Shown here: positions 1 through 9,469 of the stretch, in pieces | Layout: each line of letters starts with the position of its first letter | Numbering within the stretch: position 1 is the stretch's first letter | Assembly: GCA_964622655.1 (NCBI GenBank) | Contig: CAZUSQ010000001.1 | Coordinates: forward strand, 5,427 to 36,115 | Direction of reading: 5' to 3' | DNA length: 30,689 nt | Source of the DNA: an uncultured Methanosarcinales archaeon | GTDB lineage: Archaea; Nanobdellota; Nanobdellia; Woesearchaeales; GW2011-AR4 | Notes under the pieces: model-generated | Databases searched by the model: none | The model's input: only the letters and a program-made list of their open reading frames with translations | Told to the model about the DNA's origin: nothing | Made by a program: the position numbers and the translations under genes

Positions 1-1
1 A

Positions 2-535
2 AGTATCGATTACCTAAAAGAAAAATATCCTAATTTCAATTTTTTGAATGCAGATATTTCAAAAAAGATTTTATTAAATAAGAAATATGACATTATTTGC
101 GCTTTTGGAGTATTATTTCACATAACATCAGATATAAAATTTGAAAATGCAATTAAAAATATTAAAAAATTTTCAAAAAAAGGAAGTATTATTCTAATAC
201 ATGATAATTTTCTTGAAAAATATCAGCGTCCAATCGGTAATCATTGTTATTTTAGGACTTATCGAAAATATAAAAGAATTTTGGAAAAAAATAATATAAA
301 AATCATAAAATTAGTGTCTATTCTTTATTTTTTGAATCCACCTTTTGACATTAACAATAATATTGTAAGAAAAATTGGGCTATTTTTGTGGAATATATTA
401 ATGTCTGCATTTGCAAAAAATGAGTTCACAGGAAATATTATGGGAGGAATTCTATATTATGTTGATAAAATGCTAGTAAAATTCACAAAAAATAGCATTT
501 CATTGGAGATGCTAGTTTGTAAAAGAGAGGAATGA
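2..535 (+). CDS. Class I SAM-dependent methyltransferase, 5'-truncated by the window edge
   Basis: The frame is open from base 2 (SIDYLKEKYPNFNFLNADIS...), so the true start lies upstream. Post-motif-I elements ADIS, YDIICAFGVLFHI and GSIILIHD fit a Methyltransf_11/25-like fold. Confidence 0.75.
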   Translation, partial: SIDYLKEKYPNFNFLNADISKKILLNKKYDIICAFGVLFHITSDIKFENAIKNIKKFSKKGSIILIHDNFLEKYQRPIGNHCYFRTYRKYKRILEKNNIKIIKLVSILYFLNPPFDINNNIVRKIGLFLWNILMSAFAKNEFTGNIMGGILYYVDKMLVKFTKNSISLEMLVCKREE

Positions 536-539
536 TTTT

Positions 540-1799
540 ATGGATATTTCATCATCTTGCAAAAGATCGAATCATGATTTTTGTAGATGTAGTGCAGGTT
601 TCTGTGAGTGCAAATGCCATAATAAAAATAAACGTAACATAAAAAAATCTATTTGTATAATCTCATACATTTATCCAAGAAAAAATAGATTTAAACGACA
701 TTATAGAGGGATTTTTGTTCATCTGCAAGCATCTGAACTTTCAAAATACTATAAAGTTGATGTATTAACTACTGGTTACAATAGAATGAAAAAAGAGGAA
801 AGATTAGATAATGTAAATATTCATAGATTATTATTAAAAGATGATATAGATATTAAACGTTATGGTTTAATATTTGCATTAAAAATTCTTAAAAAATTAT
901 ATAAGTCAAATTTTGATATTATCCATCAACATTTTGCAGGAATATCAACTATTTTTATTGGATTGTACTGTAAACTTTTCAAGAAACCATTTATTTTAAC
1001 GTCACATGGTACAGATTGGGAATTACCCAAAAAGAATATTTTTAAGAATTTTTTGATAAAATTGGCTTTATTTTTTCCAGATAAAATAATATGTGTTAGC
1101 GAAGCTGTCAAGAGTTATCTAAGTTATAATACAAACCTAACAAAATTGATTGTAATATACAACGGAATAAATATCACACAACCTTCGATTCCTTCACAAG
1201 GATTTAAAAGAAAATTAGGTTTGAACAATAAAAAAATAATTCTTTCTGTTGGCATCCACAAAAAAAAGGGCATAGATGTTATAATCAAGGCGATTCCAAA
1301 ATTAGTAAAAAAATTTCCTGATTTAATTTATATAATAATTGGAGATAATGAAGAGAAAAATAATTTAGAAAAATTAACTAAAGAATTAAGTTTACAAAAA
1401 TATGTTCGTTTTGAAGGTATTAAGCAATTTAAGGAATTGTCTAATTATTATAATATTTGCGATGTGTTTGTATTAATGAGCAGAACACTAATGGAAAATG
1501 GAGAGATAACTGCTATTGAAAGTTTTGGTATTTCTTACATTGAAGCTTCTTATTTTGGTAAACCAGTGATTGGAGGTATTAGTGGCGGAACATCTGAAAT
1601 TATTAAGTATGGGAAAAATGGGTTTTTAGTCAAAAATGAGAAAGAACTAATTGAAAAATTAGAATTGCTCTTAAAAAATAAAAAATTAAGAGAAAAATTC
1701 GGAAAGTATGGCAGAAAATGGGTCATAGATAATTTTTTATTATCAGATAAAGTAAAAGAAATATCACATATTTATGAGCAAGAAATGCTAAAATATTAG
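540..1799 (+). CDS. GT4 (GT-B) glycosyltransferase with a Cys/His-rich N-terminal extension
   Basis: TSHGTD, VSEAV, VIYNGI, KGID, and ESFGISYIEASYFGKPVIG (E-x7-E motif). Starts 4 nt after the upstream stop. Confidence 0.9.
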   Translation: MDISSSCKRSNHDFCRCSAGFCECKCHNKNKRNIKKSICIISYIYPRKNRFKRHYRGIFVHLQASELSKYYKVDVLTTGYNRMKKEERLDNVNIHRLLLKDDIDIKRYGLIFALKILKKLYKSNFDIIHQHFAGISTIFIGLYCKLFKKPFILTSHGTDWELPKKNIFKNFLIKLALFFPDKIICVSEAVKSYLSYNTNLTKLIVIYNGINITQPSIPSQGFKRKLGLNNKKIILSVGIHKKKGIDVIIKAIPKLVKKFPDLIYIIIGDNEEKNNLEKLTKELSLQKYVRFEGIKQFKELSNYYNICDVFVLMSRTLMENGEITAIESFGISYIEASYFGKPVIGGISGGTSEIIKYGKNGFLVKNEKELIEKLELLLKNKKLREKFGKYGRKWVIDNFLLSDKVKEISHIYEQEMLKY

Positions 1800-1815
1800 A
1801 AATGTCTTGAGATTT

Positions 1816-3867
1816 CTATACGATCTTTAAAATTATAGCGCCTTGGTTCTGAAAGACAGGCTGGAACAGCCCGGAGGATGAATAATCCTTTAGCTTTTCA
1901 TTGGAAGCATTTGCCCCGAATTTTCTCACAGTCTGTCCGTCAATGATAACAAAGGAGTAACCCGTTCTTTTTAGCCAATTATAGTTCTCTTCAGCAGTCT
2001 GATTAAATCCATTTTTTTGGTAATTTCTTACCTCATCACACCAATGGCAAGTACTCATATCCATGCCTATAACTGCACCATTATTTACAAAAGTAAATAA
2101 TTTTGAGTTTTTGGGGAGATTATCTTTAATCCAGACATAGCTATTCACCTCATCAAAAGATGTCCAAAAAGCTCCAGGCGGCCAAATTGCTGTATTTACA
2201 GCTATTTTTTGTTGAGTAGATGTAAAGAAAATTCCAATCAGTACAACAACTAAGGTTATTGCTTTACTAATGCCGATTTTTTTAAGGTTGTCCATCAAAA
2301 ACCACATCCCCTCACTTACTAATATGGAAAGTGGTATAACAAACAACATCCAGGCTCTGAATGGTGAGAGTCTGTAAGGATAGATTACGGCATTTACAGC
2401 ATAAAATGTAAATAACAACAATGTTAAGGATATTATAACCCATCTGTAATCTTCAACAATAATTCTTGATAAATAAAATGTTATTGATATCAAAATTAAT
2501 ATCGAAAAGAAAATATATGGTAAAGTAAGCTTCATGTGTTGCTTTAGCATTTTAACTTGTTCAATGTTTCTAGTATCAAATTTATTTGAATTCAAAAAGA
2601 GAAATAGTCCTGTAAGCAATAAAATTATTGAAATAATTTCAGCAAGAGTAATTATATAAAATTTGATATTTGATTTTTCTTTTATTTTAAATGAAATTTT
2701 AAAAAGGTAATGATAAATTGGCACAAGAGATACTATAAGCAAAATTGAAAGTATAAATCCTATTCCAATTGGATTGTTTATCATGTTTACTTCTTTAGCC
2801 CAAACAAAGTCATTCAAATTATATATTCTATCAGCAGTTCCATAAATGCTAAGAACTTCTTTTGTGCCTACCTCAATCCCCAAACCTACTAAAGTCTTAA
2901 TAAAGCCGTATTTCAGAAACATTGGTATCCACCATAATATAAACGACAATAACACACCTACAATTCCTGCCAATGCTTCGTAAAACAAAAGTTTTCGTTG
3001 CAGAATCATTTTAGTTACTAAATATAAAATGAAAAAAAATCCGAAATAAGCGCTATGAGAAGGAGATGAAGTAAGTGTAACCATAATACAAGGTGCTGCT
3101 ACAAAAGCCCATTTTTTGTCGTATTTTATTCTTTCTGCACAATAGAACGATACAAAATACAATGGAACTGTTAAAGCCAATGACCAAATAAAATGACTTA
3201 AATAAGCTGGAACTGATGCCAAAGCAAATGTAGAAAACAATGCCTTATTTCTATTCCCTGTGAATTCTTTTACAAAAAAATAAAAGAAGATAATGCTCAA
3301 AGATATTATTAATGTGTTAAAAAATTTTAAAGTCCAGTAAATTGAGTTATTTGTCTGATGCAGGATACCAAAAAGCATGTCATAGGCTGGCGGATACGGA
3401 TCTAAATAGTGAAAACTGACAGAAGTTGTTTTAAAGACTGTTTTTTCAACTGAGATGTACTTCACACTCAGTGCATGGCTCCAAGAGTCATCATCCTCCA
3501 AAAATGGATATATAAAAGCTCCTTTGTGGTATATGTAGAAAGTAGCCGAGAATAGGAGCAGCATTACTAGTATGTTTATATTGGATTTTGAAATACTTAT
3601 TCTTGGTTTTTTATTAATTATATTTTTATAATTCTTAACGAAGTAAAATATAAGCAACAAAATAGATAAAAATAAAAAAATTCGCCAATCTAGAGGTATG
3701 CGCAGTAAGTTAAAAACAAAACCCAAAAAAATAAAAATTCCTAACCCTACGCCTATTCTCATTAAATTTTTTTCTATGCTGTTTTCAGATTCTTTCACAA
3801 ATCTACATACACCAAAGCCAAAACTCCAAGTGTACAAAAAGAATAAAATTATAGACAAAAATTCCAT
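1816..3867 (-). CDS. Polytopic membrane protein, putative GT-C fold glycosyltransferase (683 aa)
   Basis: Many hydrophobic segments, acidic EDDD motif in an early loop, DPYPPAY motif, soluble C-terminal domain. Lies downstream of a polyprenol-phosphate glycosyltransferase on the same strand. Confidence 0.6.
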   Translation of the reverse strand: MEFLSIILFFLYTWSFGFGVCRFVKESENSIEKNLMRIGVGLGIFIFLGFVFNLLRIPLDWRIFLFLSILLLIFYFVKNYKNIINKKPRISISKSNINILVMLLLFSATFYIYHKGAFIYPFLEDDDSWSHALSVKYISVEKTVFKTTSVSFHYLDPYPPAYDMLFGILHQTNNSIYWTLKFFNTLIISLSIIFFYFFVKEFTGNRNKALFSTFALASVPAYLSHFIWSLALTVPLYFVSFYCAERIKYDKKWAFVAAPCIMVTLTSSPSHSAYFGFFFILYLVTKMILQRKLLFYEALAGIVGVLLSFILWWIPMFLKYGFIKTLVGLGIEVGTKEVLSIYGTADRIYNLNDFVWAKEVNMINNPIGIGFILSILLIVSLVPIYHYLFKISFKIKEKSNIKFYIITLAEIISIILLLTGLFLFLNSNKFDTRNIEQVKMLKQHMKLTLPYIFFSILILISITFYLSRIIVEDYRWVIISLTLLLFTFYAVNAVIYPYRLSPFRAWMLFVIPLSILVSEGMWFLMDNLKKIGISKAITLVVVLIGIFFTSTQQKIAVNTAIWPPGAFWTSFDEVNSYVWIKDNLPKNSKLFTFVNNGAVIGMDMSTCHWCDEVRNYQKNGFNQTAEENYNWLKRTGYSFVIIDGQTVRKFGANASNEKLKDYSSSGLFQPVFQNQGAIILKIV

Positions 3868-3890
3868 ATTAACTTTTAAATACAGTAGTT

Positions 3891-3900
3891 AATTTAAATA
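3891..3900 (-). promoter_or_regulatory. Archaeal TATA box for the 683-aa membrane protein gene
   Basis: TTTAAA on the minus strand 26-31 bp upstream of the ATG at 3867, consistent with a leaderless transcript. Confidence 0.5.
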
Positions 3901-3951
3901 ATTTATTATTTTTATAATTTAGTAAAATATACAGAAGATAAAAATAATGTA

Positions 3952-4662
3952 TTATTTTTCCATTCTTAATTTGATGATTTCCTTTCCACATAGGTAGCCA
4001 TTGTGAAGAAATTTGATAAAATCTTCATCAGTTTTTGAAATTCCTTTTTTACGATCTGTAAATGTGTAACCAACCTCTTTAAACCTAAAACCTTTTTTTA
4101 GCGACTCATATGTGAAGCGTATGCAATATTCGGCATAACCTATTTGCATTAATTTAACATCATTAAGAACATTCATTTTTACAGCATAAAAACCAGAGGT
4201 TACATCTTTAACTTTTAGATTCAAGATAATATTTGCGAGAATATTTATCATTCTGCTGGACACTACACGAATAAATGACCTATTGTCTCTGCCTTCGCTA
4301 ACATATCGAGAGGCGACAACAACATCATATCGTGGAATGTACTGAACCAATTTTGGAATAATCTGTGGTGGATGTGAGAGGTCACAATCCAGCCACACAA
4401 CAATATTGCCTTTTGCCATTTTCACTCCAGCCCATATTGCTGAAGGCAATCCCATTTCATTTACCCTCTTGAATAAATGCAGAGACTTATAATGCTTTTG
4501 AAGGCTTTTTACTATCTTCCATGTGCCATCTGGACTATTATCATCAACAACTATCACCTCAAACAGCTCTTTACCACAGCTAGAGTATATTTGCTTAATT
4601 AACTCCTCAATATTTTCTTTTTCATTGAAAGTAGGTAAAATGATAGATACTTTGCGTTTCAT
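3952..4662 (-). CDS. Dolichol/polyprenol-phosphate glycosyltransferase (DPM1-like GT2)
   Basis: VSIILPTFNEKENI, VVDDNSPDGT, WLDCDLSHPP, VVASRY, KDVTSGF, F.DRKKGISK. This is the typical DPM synthase signature set. Confidence 0.9.
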   Translation of the reverse strand: MKRKVSIILPTFNEKENIEELIKQIYSSCGKELFEVIVVDDNSPDGTWKIVKSLQKHYKSLHLFKRVNEMGLPSAIWAGVKMAKGNIVVWLDCDLSHPPQIIPKLVQYIPRYDVVVASRYVSEGRDNRSFIRVVSSRMINILANIILNLKVKDVTSGFYAVKMNVLNDVKLMQIGYAEYCIRFTYESLKKGFRFKEVGYTFTDRKKGISKTDEDFIKFLHNGYLCGKEIIKLRMEK

Positions 4663-4820
4663 TTCATTAAATTACTGCATTAATTCTAATTGCTTTTTAA
4701 TTTGTTGGTTGATATTTTAACTTATTTTAAATCTTTTTACTAGTGTCTCTTCAATAGCAGAATATTTATAAACTGAATTGTAGTCCAAAAATGTGTAGAT
4801 ACTGAAAAAGGGTTTTTGAG

Positions 4821-5204
4821 ATGAAGACAATCATTAAAAAAACAGTTAAGCCTGTATTTGAGGATGAGCGTGGTGCAATTTTTGACCTTGTGGACAAGGG
4901 GACAATAAAGCATATTGGTATGCTTACTTCCAAGCCTGGTAGCATCAGAGGAAGCCACTACCACAAAAAAGCAAAGCAAACTACATACATTGTATCTGGA
5001 AAAATTGAATTGACGCTTAAAGATGCTTCGAGAAATGACTCTAAGTCTAAGAGAATCATAATGAAAGCAGGCGACATTGTTACTATTCCTTCTATGGTAA
5101 GCCATTCAGTAAAAGCTATAGAGAAGACAACACTCCTTGTATTTACCGATAAGCAAAGAGGTAATGGTGGATATGAAAAAGACACACATCGGATAGACAT
5201 GTAA
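4821..5204 (+). CDS. Cupin-fold nucleotide-sugar epimerase/isomerase (RmlC-, FdtA- or WxcM-like)
   Basis: FEDERG, GSIRGSHYHKK, and GDIVTIPSMVSHSV cupin motifs; heads a sugar-biosynthesis operon. Confidence 0.75.
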   Translation: MKTIIKKTVKPVFEDERGAIFDLVDKGTIKHIGMLTSKPGSIRGSHYHKKAKQTTYIVSGKIELTLKDASRNDSKSKRIIMKAGDIVTIPSMVSHSVKAIEKTTLLVFTDKQRGNGGYEKDTHRIDM

Positions 5205-5214
5205 GTTTAATAAA

Positions 5215-6312
5215 ATGATACCTGTCTATGAGCCAGTTTTAAAAGGTAATGAAAAGAAATATGTTATGGATTGCTTGAAATCAAACTGGATATCTTCTTT
5301 TGGCAAATACAACTACAAATTTGAAGAGGCTTTTGCATCTTATTGCGGAGTCAAGTATGGTGTTGCCGTGACAAGCGGCACAAGCGCTTTGCATTTGGCT
5401 GCTGCGACATTGAAGATTGGGAAAGGAGATGAGGTTATTATCCCAGACTTTACCATGATTGCGCCTGCTTTGGCTATTGCCTACCAAGGAGCTAAGCCTA
5501 TTTTTGTGGACGCTGAGCCAAAGACTTGGACAATAAATCCAAAAAAAATTGAAGAAAAAATAACAAAAAGAACTAAAGCGATACTACCTGTCCATATATA
5601 TGGTCATCCATGTGACATGGATCCAATTTTGAGAATAGCAAGGAGGTATGACTTATATGTAATAGAGGATGCAGCAGAAGCTCATGGAGCCCTTTACAAG
5701 GGGAAGAAAGCTGGCAGCTTTGGACAGATTAATGCATTTAGCTTTTATACTAACAAAGTTGTAACTACAGGCGAAGGCGGCATGATTGTTACAAATGACA
5801 AAAAGCTGTATGAGCGCGCACAGTGGCTAAGGAATTTCTGCATGGACCCTGAAAGAAGATATTTTCACAGAGAGATAGGATTCAAGTACGCAATGACAAA
5901 CATACAGGCTGCTATAGGCTTGGCGCAGTTGGAATATATAGAAGATACAATTAAGAGAAAAAGAGAAATTGCAAAGGAATACAATGAATTATTAGAAAAA
6001 ATACCATGTATCACTCTTCCATACGAAGCAGAAAACGTAAGAAATGTATATTGGATGTATGGTATTTTAATTGAGGATAATTTTGGCGTTTCTAGGGACA
6101 AGGTAAAGGAATTACTTTTCAAGAGGGGTATTGATACAAGATTTTTCTTCACAGGAATGCACAAGCAGCCTCCTTTCAAAACTATAGGCAATTTTCCGGT
6201 TAGCGAGGCGCTCGAGCGAAAGGGGTTGTATTTGCCATGTAGCATTAACATTACCAAAAAGGATTTGAAATTTGTAGCACAATCCTTAGAGGATATATAC
6301 AGAAAGCATTGA
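5215..6312 (+). CDS. DegT/DnrJ/EryC1/StrS PLP aminotransferase, perosamine-synthase-like
   Basis: MIPVYEP...WISS N-terminus, TSGTSALHLA, IEDAAEAHGA, FSFYTNKVVTTGEGG (PLP lysine). Confidence 0.9.
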   Translation: MIPVYEPVLKGNEKKYVMDCLKSNWISSFGKYNYKFEEAFASYCGVKYGVAVTSGTSALHLAAATLKIGKGDEVIIPDFTMIAPALAIAYQGAKPIFVDAEPKTWTINPKKIEEKITKRTKAILPVHIYGHPCDMDPILRIARRYDLYVIEDAAEAHGALYKGKKAGSFGQINAFSFYTNKVVTTGEGGMIVTNDKKLYERAQWLRNFCMDPERRYFHREIGFKYAMTNIQAAIGLAQLEYIEDTIKRKREIAKEYNELLEKIPCITLPYEAENVRNVYWMYGILIEDNFGVSRDKVKELLFKRGIDTRFFFTGMHKQPPFKTIGNFPVSEALERKGLYLPCSINITKKDLKFVAQSLEDIYRKH

Positions 6313-6355
6313 ATTACTACTCAAAGCTTTTTTTAATCAAAAAATAGCTTACAAA

Positions 6356-7093
6356 ATGGAAATCAAAGAATATAAAAAGATGTATGAGCTAGAAGAGTCG
6401 CATTGGTGGTTTATCAGCAAAAGAAAGCTGATTTTTTCATTTTTAAAGAAGTACTATAATAACTATAATAAAGATAGGAGGGTACTGGACATAGGCTGTG
6501 GAACTGGTATCATATTGAGTGATTTCGGCAAATATGGAACAGCATACGGCATAGATTCATCTGAATATGCAATTAAATTCTGCAAACTGAGAGGACTTAA
6601 AAACGTGAAAAAAGGCTTTGCAAACTCTTTACCATTCAGATCAAATTATTTTGATATTATTGGATGTTTTGATGTGCTTTACCACAAAAATATTAAAGAC
6701 GACTTGAAAGTGCTTAAAGAGCTAGCAAGAGTCTGCAAGAAAGATGGGAGAATTTTCATTACTGATTCGGCATGCAAGCTTCTTTTAGGCAGGCATGACT
6801 TTGCATCTCATGCAAGAACAAGATATGGTACTAATGAGATAAAAGATAAACTGGAGTCAGCTGGCTTTGAGATTGAGAAATTAAGTTACTATAATTTTTT
6901 TCTTTTTCCTTTTGTGCTCCTGATAAGGAAATTAAGCTTGGTTTTCAATTGGAATCGTAAGACGGACATAAAAAAGGAAAATTTTTTAGTTAATGAGATT
7001 CTGAAATTTATAATGTCAATAGAAAGGATTTTAATTAAGTTTGTAGATTTTCCAGTTGGCGTGTCTTTATTTTGCATTGCTAGGAAGGTTTAG
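6356..7093 (+). CDS. Class I SAM-dependent methyltransferase
   Basis: E..HWWF N-terminus, VLDIGCGTG motif I, GID, LPF, FDII...DVLYH. Confidence 0.88.
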   Translation: MEIKEYKKMYELEESHWWFISKRKLIFSFLKKYYNNYNKDRRVLDIGCGTGIILSDFGKYGTAYGIDSSEYAIKFCKLRGLKNVKKGFANSLPFRSNYFDIIGCFDVLYHKNIKDDLKVLKELARVCKKDGRIFITDSACKLLLGRHDFASHARTRYGTNEIKDKLESAGFEIEKLSYYNFFLFPFVLLIRKLSLVFNWNRKTDIKKENFLVNEILKFIMSIERILIKFVDFPVGVSLFCIARKV

Positions 7094-7096
7094 AAC

Positions 7097-8344
7097 ATGA
7101 CTAGAAAAGAAATATGGAAACTAGAAGAGTGCCGCATGTGCAAAAGCAAAAACCTTGAGAAATTCTTAGATTTGGGTTTTACACCACTAGCTGATGGATT
7201 TTTGAGAAAATATCAGTTAAACGAACCAGAGCCTCACTTTCCTTTAGATGTTTGCATATGCCACAAATGTGGTTTGGTCCAGCTTGGTGATGTGGTTTCA
7301 CCAGAGGTGCTTTACAGGAAAAATTACCCATATGAATCTTCTACAACAAGAACTGGAAGGGAACATTTTATAAAAATGAGCAAAGATATTTGCACCAGAT
7401 TTAAGCTTTCCAAGAATTCGTTTGTAGTTGACATTGGCAGTAATGTTGGGGTTTTATTATCGGGCTTTAAGAGTCAGGGTATGAAGGTGTTAGGCGTAGA
7501 TCCTGCTACAAACATGGCTGAAATTGCAAATAAGAACGGCATAGAAACTTGGGCTAAATACTTTAACACAAAAGTTGCTAAAAGAATAAGACAAAGCAAG
7601 GGATTAGCAGACATTGTAACAGGCACAAACGTCTTCGCACATATTGACAATGTTTATGATATTGTCAAAGCTGTTGATGCTATATTAAAAGAGGATGGGA
7701 TATTTATTATTGAAGTGCCCTATCTTGTTGACCTTCTTGACAATCTGGAATACGACACAATCTACCATGAGCACTTGAGCTACATATCTGTTAGGCCACT
7801 CGTAGCATTTTTCAAAAACTTAGACATGGATGTGTTTGATGTTGAAAGAGTGAATATTCATGGTGGCTCCATTAGGGTTTTTATTTGCAGAAAAAACAAG
7901 CAAAAAATTTTTCCCAATGTGAAAAGACTTTTAAGCCTTGAAAAAATAAAGAAAATCCATTCAATTGCAAGACTAAGAAAATTTGCAATGGATGTGAGAG
8001 AACAGAAAAAAAGGCTTCTTCATCTTCTTGTTAAATTGAAGAAAAGAGGCAAGCGCATTGTTGGTGTAAGTGCTCCGGCAAAAGGGAATACTTTGCTTAA
8101 TTATTGCAAAATAGATGCTGATATTCTAGATTACTTAACAGAGAAGGCTAAAATTAAGTTTGGGCTTTATTCGCCAGGGATGCACATACCTGTAGTGCCA
8201 GATAGTACTCTGCTGGAAGACAAACCAGGTTATGCACTTCTGCTTGCGTGGAATTTTGCTGATGAAATCATTAAAAACCTAAAAGAATTTAGAAAAAATG
8301 GGGGAAAATTTATTATACCCATACCACATCCAAAAATTGTATAA
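7097..8344 (+). CDS. NDP-hexose C-methyltransferase (TylC3/EryBIII/TcaB9/NovU-type)
   Basis: N-terminal Zn site CRMC...CHKC, DIGSNVG, NVFAH, YDTIYHEHLSY, HGGSIR, APAKGNTLL, LLAWNF and GGKFIIPIP. This is the full family architecture. Confidence 0.92.
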   Translation: MTRKEIWKLEECRMCKSKNLEKFLDLGFTPLADGFLRKYQLNEPEPHFPLDVCICHKCGLVQLGDVVSPEVLYRKNYPYESSTTRTGREHFIKMSKDICTRFKLSKNSFVVDIGSNVGVLLSGFKSQGMKVLGVDPATNMAEIANKNGIETWAKYFNTKVAKRIRQSKGLADIVTGTNVFAHIDNVYDIVKAVDAILKEDGIFIIEVPYLVDLLDNLEYDTIYHEHLSYISVRPLVAFFKNLDMDVFDVERVNIHGGSIRVFICRKNKQKIFPNVKRLLSLEKIKKIHSIARLRKFAMDVREQKKRLLHLLVKLKKRGKRIVGVSAPAKGNTLLNYCKIDADILDYLTEKAKIKFGLYSPGMHIPVVPDSTLLEDKPGYALLLAWNFADEIIKNLKEFRKNGGKFIIPIPHPKIV

Positions 8345-8368
8345 ACCTAATAGAACATAGCATAAATA

Positions 8369-8398
8369 TTTATATACTTTGCTAAGCCGTTGAGGAGG
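8369..8398 (+). promoter_or_regulatory. TATA box (TTTATATA, 8369-8376) and Shine-Dalgarno (GAGGAGG, 8392-8398) before the dehydratase gene
   Basis: TATA-like element 31-38 bp before the ATG at 8407 and a strong SD 8 nt before it. Confidence 0.5.
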
Positions 8399-8406
8399 GA
8401 CATTTA

Positions 8407-9411
8407 ATGAATTTTCAAGACAAAAATGTATTAGTAGCAGGTGGTGCAGGCTTTATAGGCTCTGCGCTAGTAAGAGAACTGCTTAAGGAAAAAGCTAATA
8501 TCATTGTTTTTGATAATTTCTCTAGCGGAGATATGGTAAACTTAACTGAAATTAAGAACCAAATCAAAATCATTAATGGCGATATCAGGGATAATGATCT
8601 TCACAAAATTTTTAAAAAAAACAGCATTGATTACTTATTTAATCTTGCTGCTTTCCCTTACATCCCTGACTGCTATGAAAGACCTAGGGAATTTTTTGAC
8701 GTAGATGCAGGCGGAGTTCTTAACGTAATGCTTGCTTCAAAAGAAGCCGGCATAAAAAGAATACTGCAATATTCAACATCCGAAGTTTATGGGACTTCCC
8801 AGTATGTTCCTATTGACGAAAATCATCCGACTTTTCCACTTTCTACTTATGCCGTAAGCAAGCTTGCTGCTGACAGGTTATGTTTTACCCTGCACCATGA
8901 GCAGAAAATACCGGTAGTTATACTTAGACAATTTAATGTCTATGGACCACGGCTAACCCAACCATATGTGGTTCCTGAAATGATAACACAGCTATCAAAA
9001 GGGAATAAAATTAGGCTAGGCAATATAAATGCACGCAGAGACATTACATATGTTACTGATTCTGCAACCGGAGCAATAGAACTTATGAAACGCGAGGAAG
9101 CTGTTGGTGAGGTATTTAATATGGGCTCAGGCCAGGATTGGAGTGTAAAAGAACTAGCGAAATTGATTGGTTCATTAATGGGGCACAAATCGATAGAAAT
9201 AGAAATTGACAAAGACAGGCTGAGGCCTCTTGATGTTGAAAGATTACAGGCTGACTACTCTAAAATGCGTAAACTCACTGGTTGGAAACCAAAAGTTGAG
9301 CTAAAGGAAGGGTTGAAAAAGACTATTGAGTGGTTTAAGGCAAATGGCAGCCAGTGGATCTGGGAAAAGAAGTTTATAGAAGAGGATAAGATGTGGAAAA
9401 AAAATAAATAG
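8407..9411 (+). CDS. Extended SDR NDP-sugar 4,6-dehydratase/epimerase, LegB-like
   Basis: [21 protein letters not shown] (YxxxK), FNVYGPR, RLRP..VERL.AD, GWKP. The overall pattern resembles LegB-type dehydratases. Confidence 0.85.
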   Translation: MNFQDKNVLVAGGAGFIGSALVRELLKEKANIIVFDNFSSGDMVNLTEIKNQIKIINGDIRDNDLHKIFKKNSIDYLFNLAAFPYIPDCYERPREFFDVDAGGVLNVMLASKEAGIKRILQYSTSEVYGTSQYVPIDENHPTFPLSTYAVSKLAADRLCFTLHHEQKIPVVILRQFNVYGPRLTQPYVVPEMITQLSKGNKIRLGNINARRDITYVTDSATGAIELMKREEAVGEVFNMGSGQDWSVKELAKLIGSLMGHKSIEIEIDKDRLRPLDVERLQADYSKMRKLTGWKPKVELKEGLKKTIEWFKANGSQWIWEKKFIEEDKMWKKNK

Positions 9412-9469
9412 TTTTATATAAAATCAGATTTATTTTCTATAGTCAACAAATATCGAGTAGCTCGAAAAA

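Noticed and set aside
1260-1267. Poly-A tracts of 8-9 nt in GT genes (e.g. ~1260, ~22988) as phase-variation switches
   Set aside because: Such runs are expected in very AT-rich, Lys-rich genes; all frames are intact and no long G/C tracts were seen.
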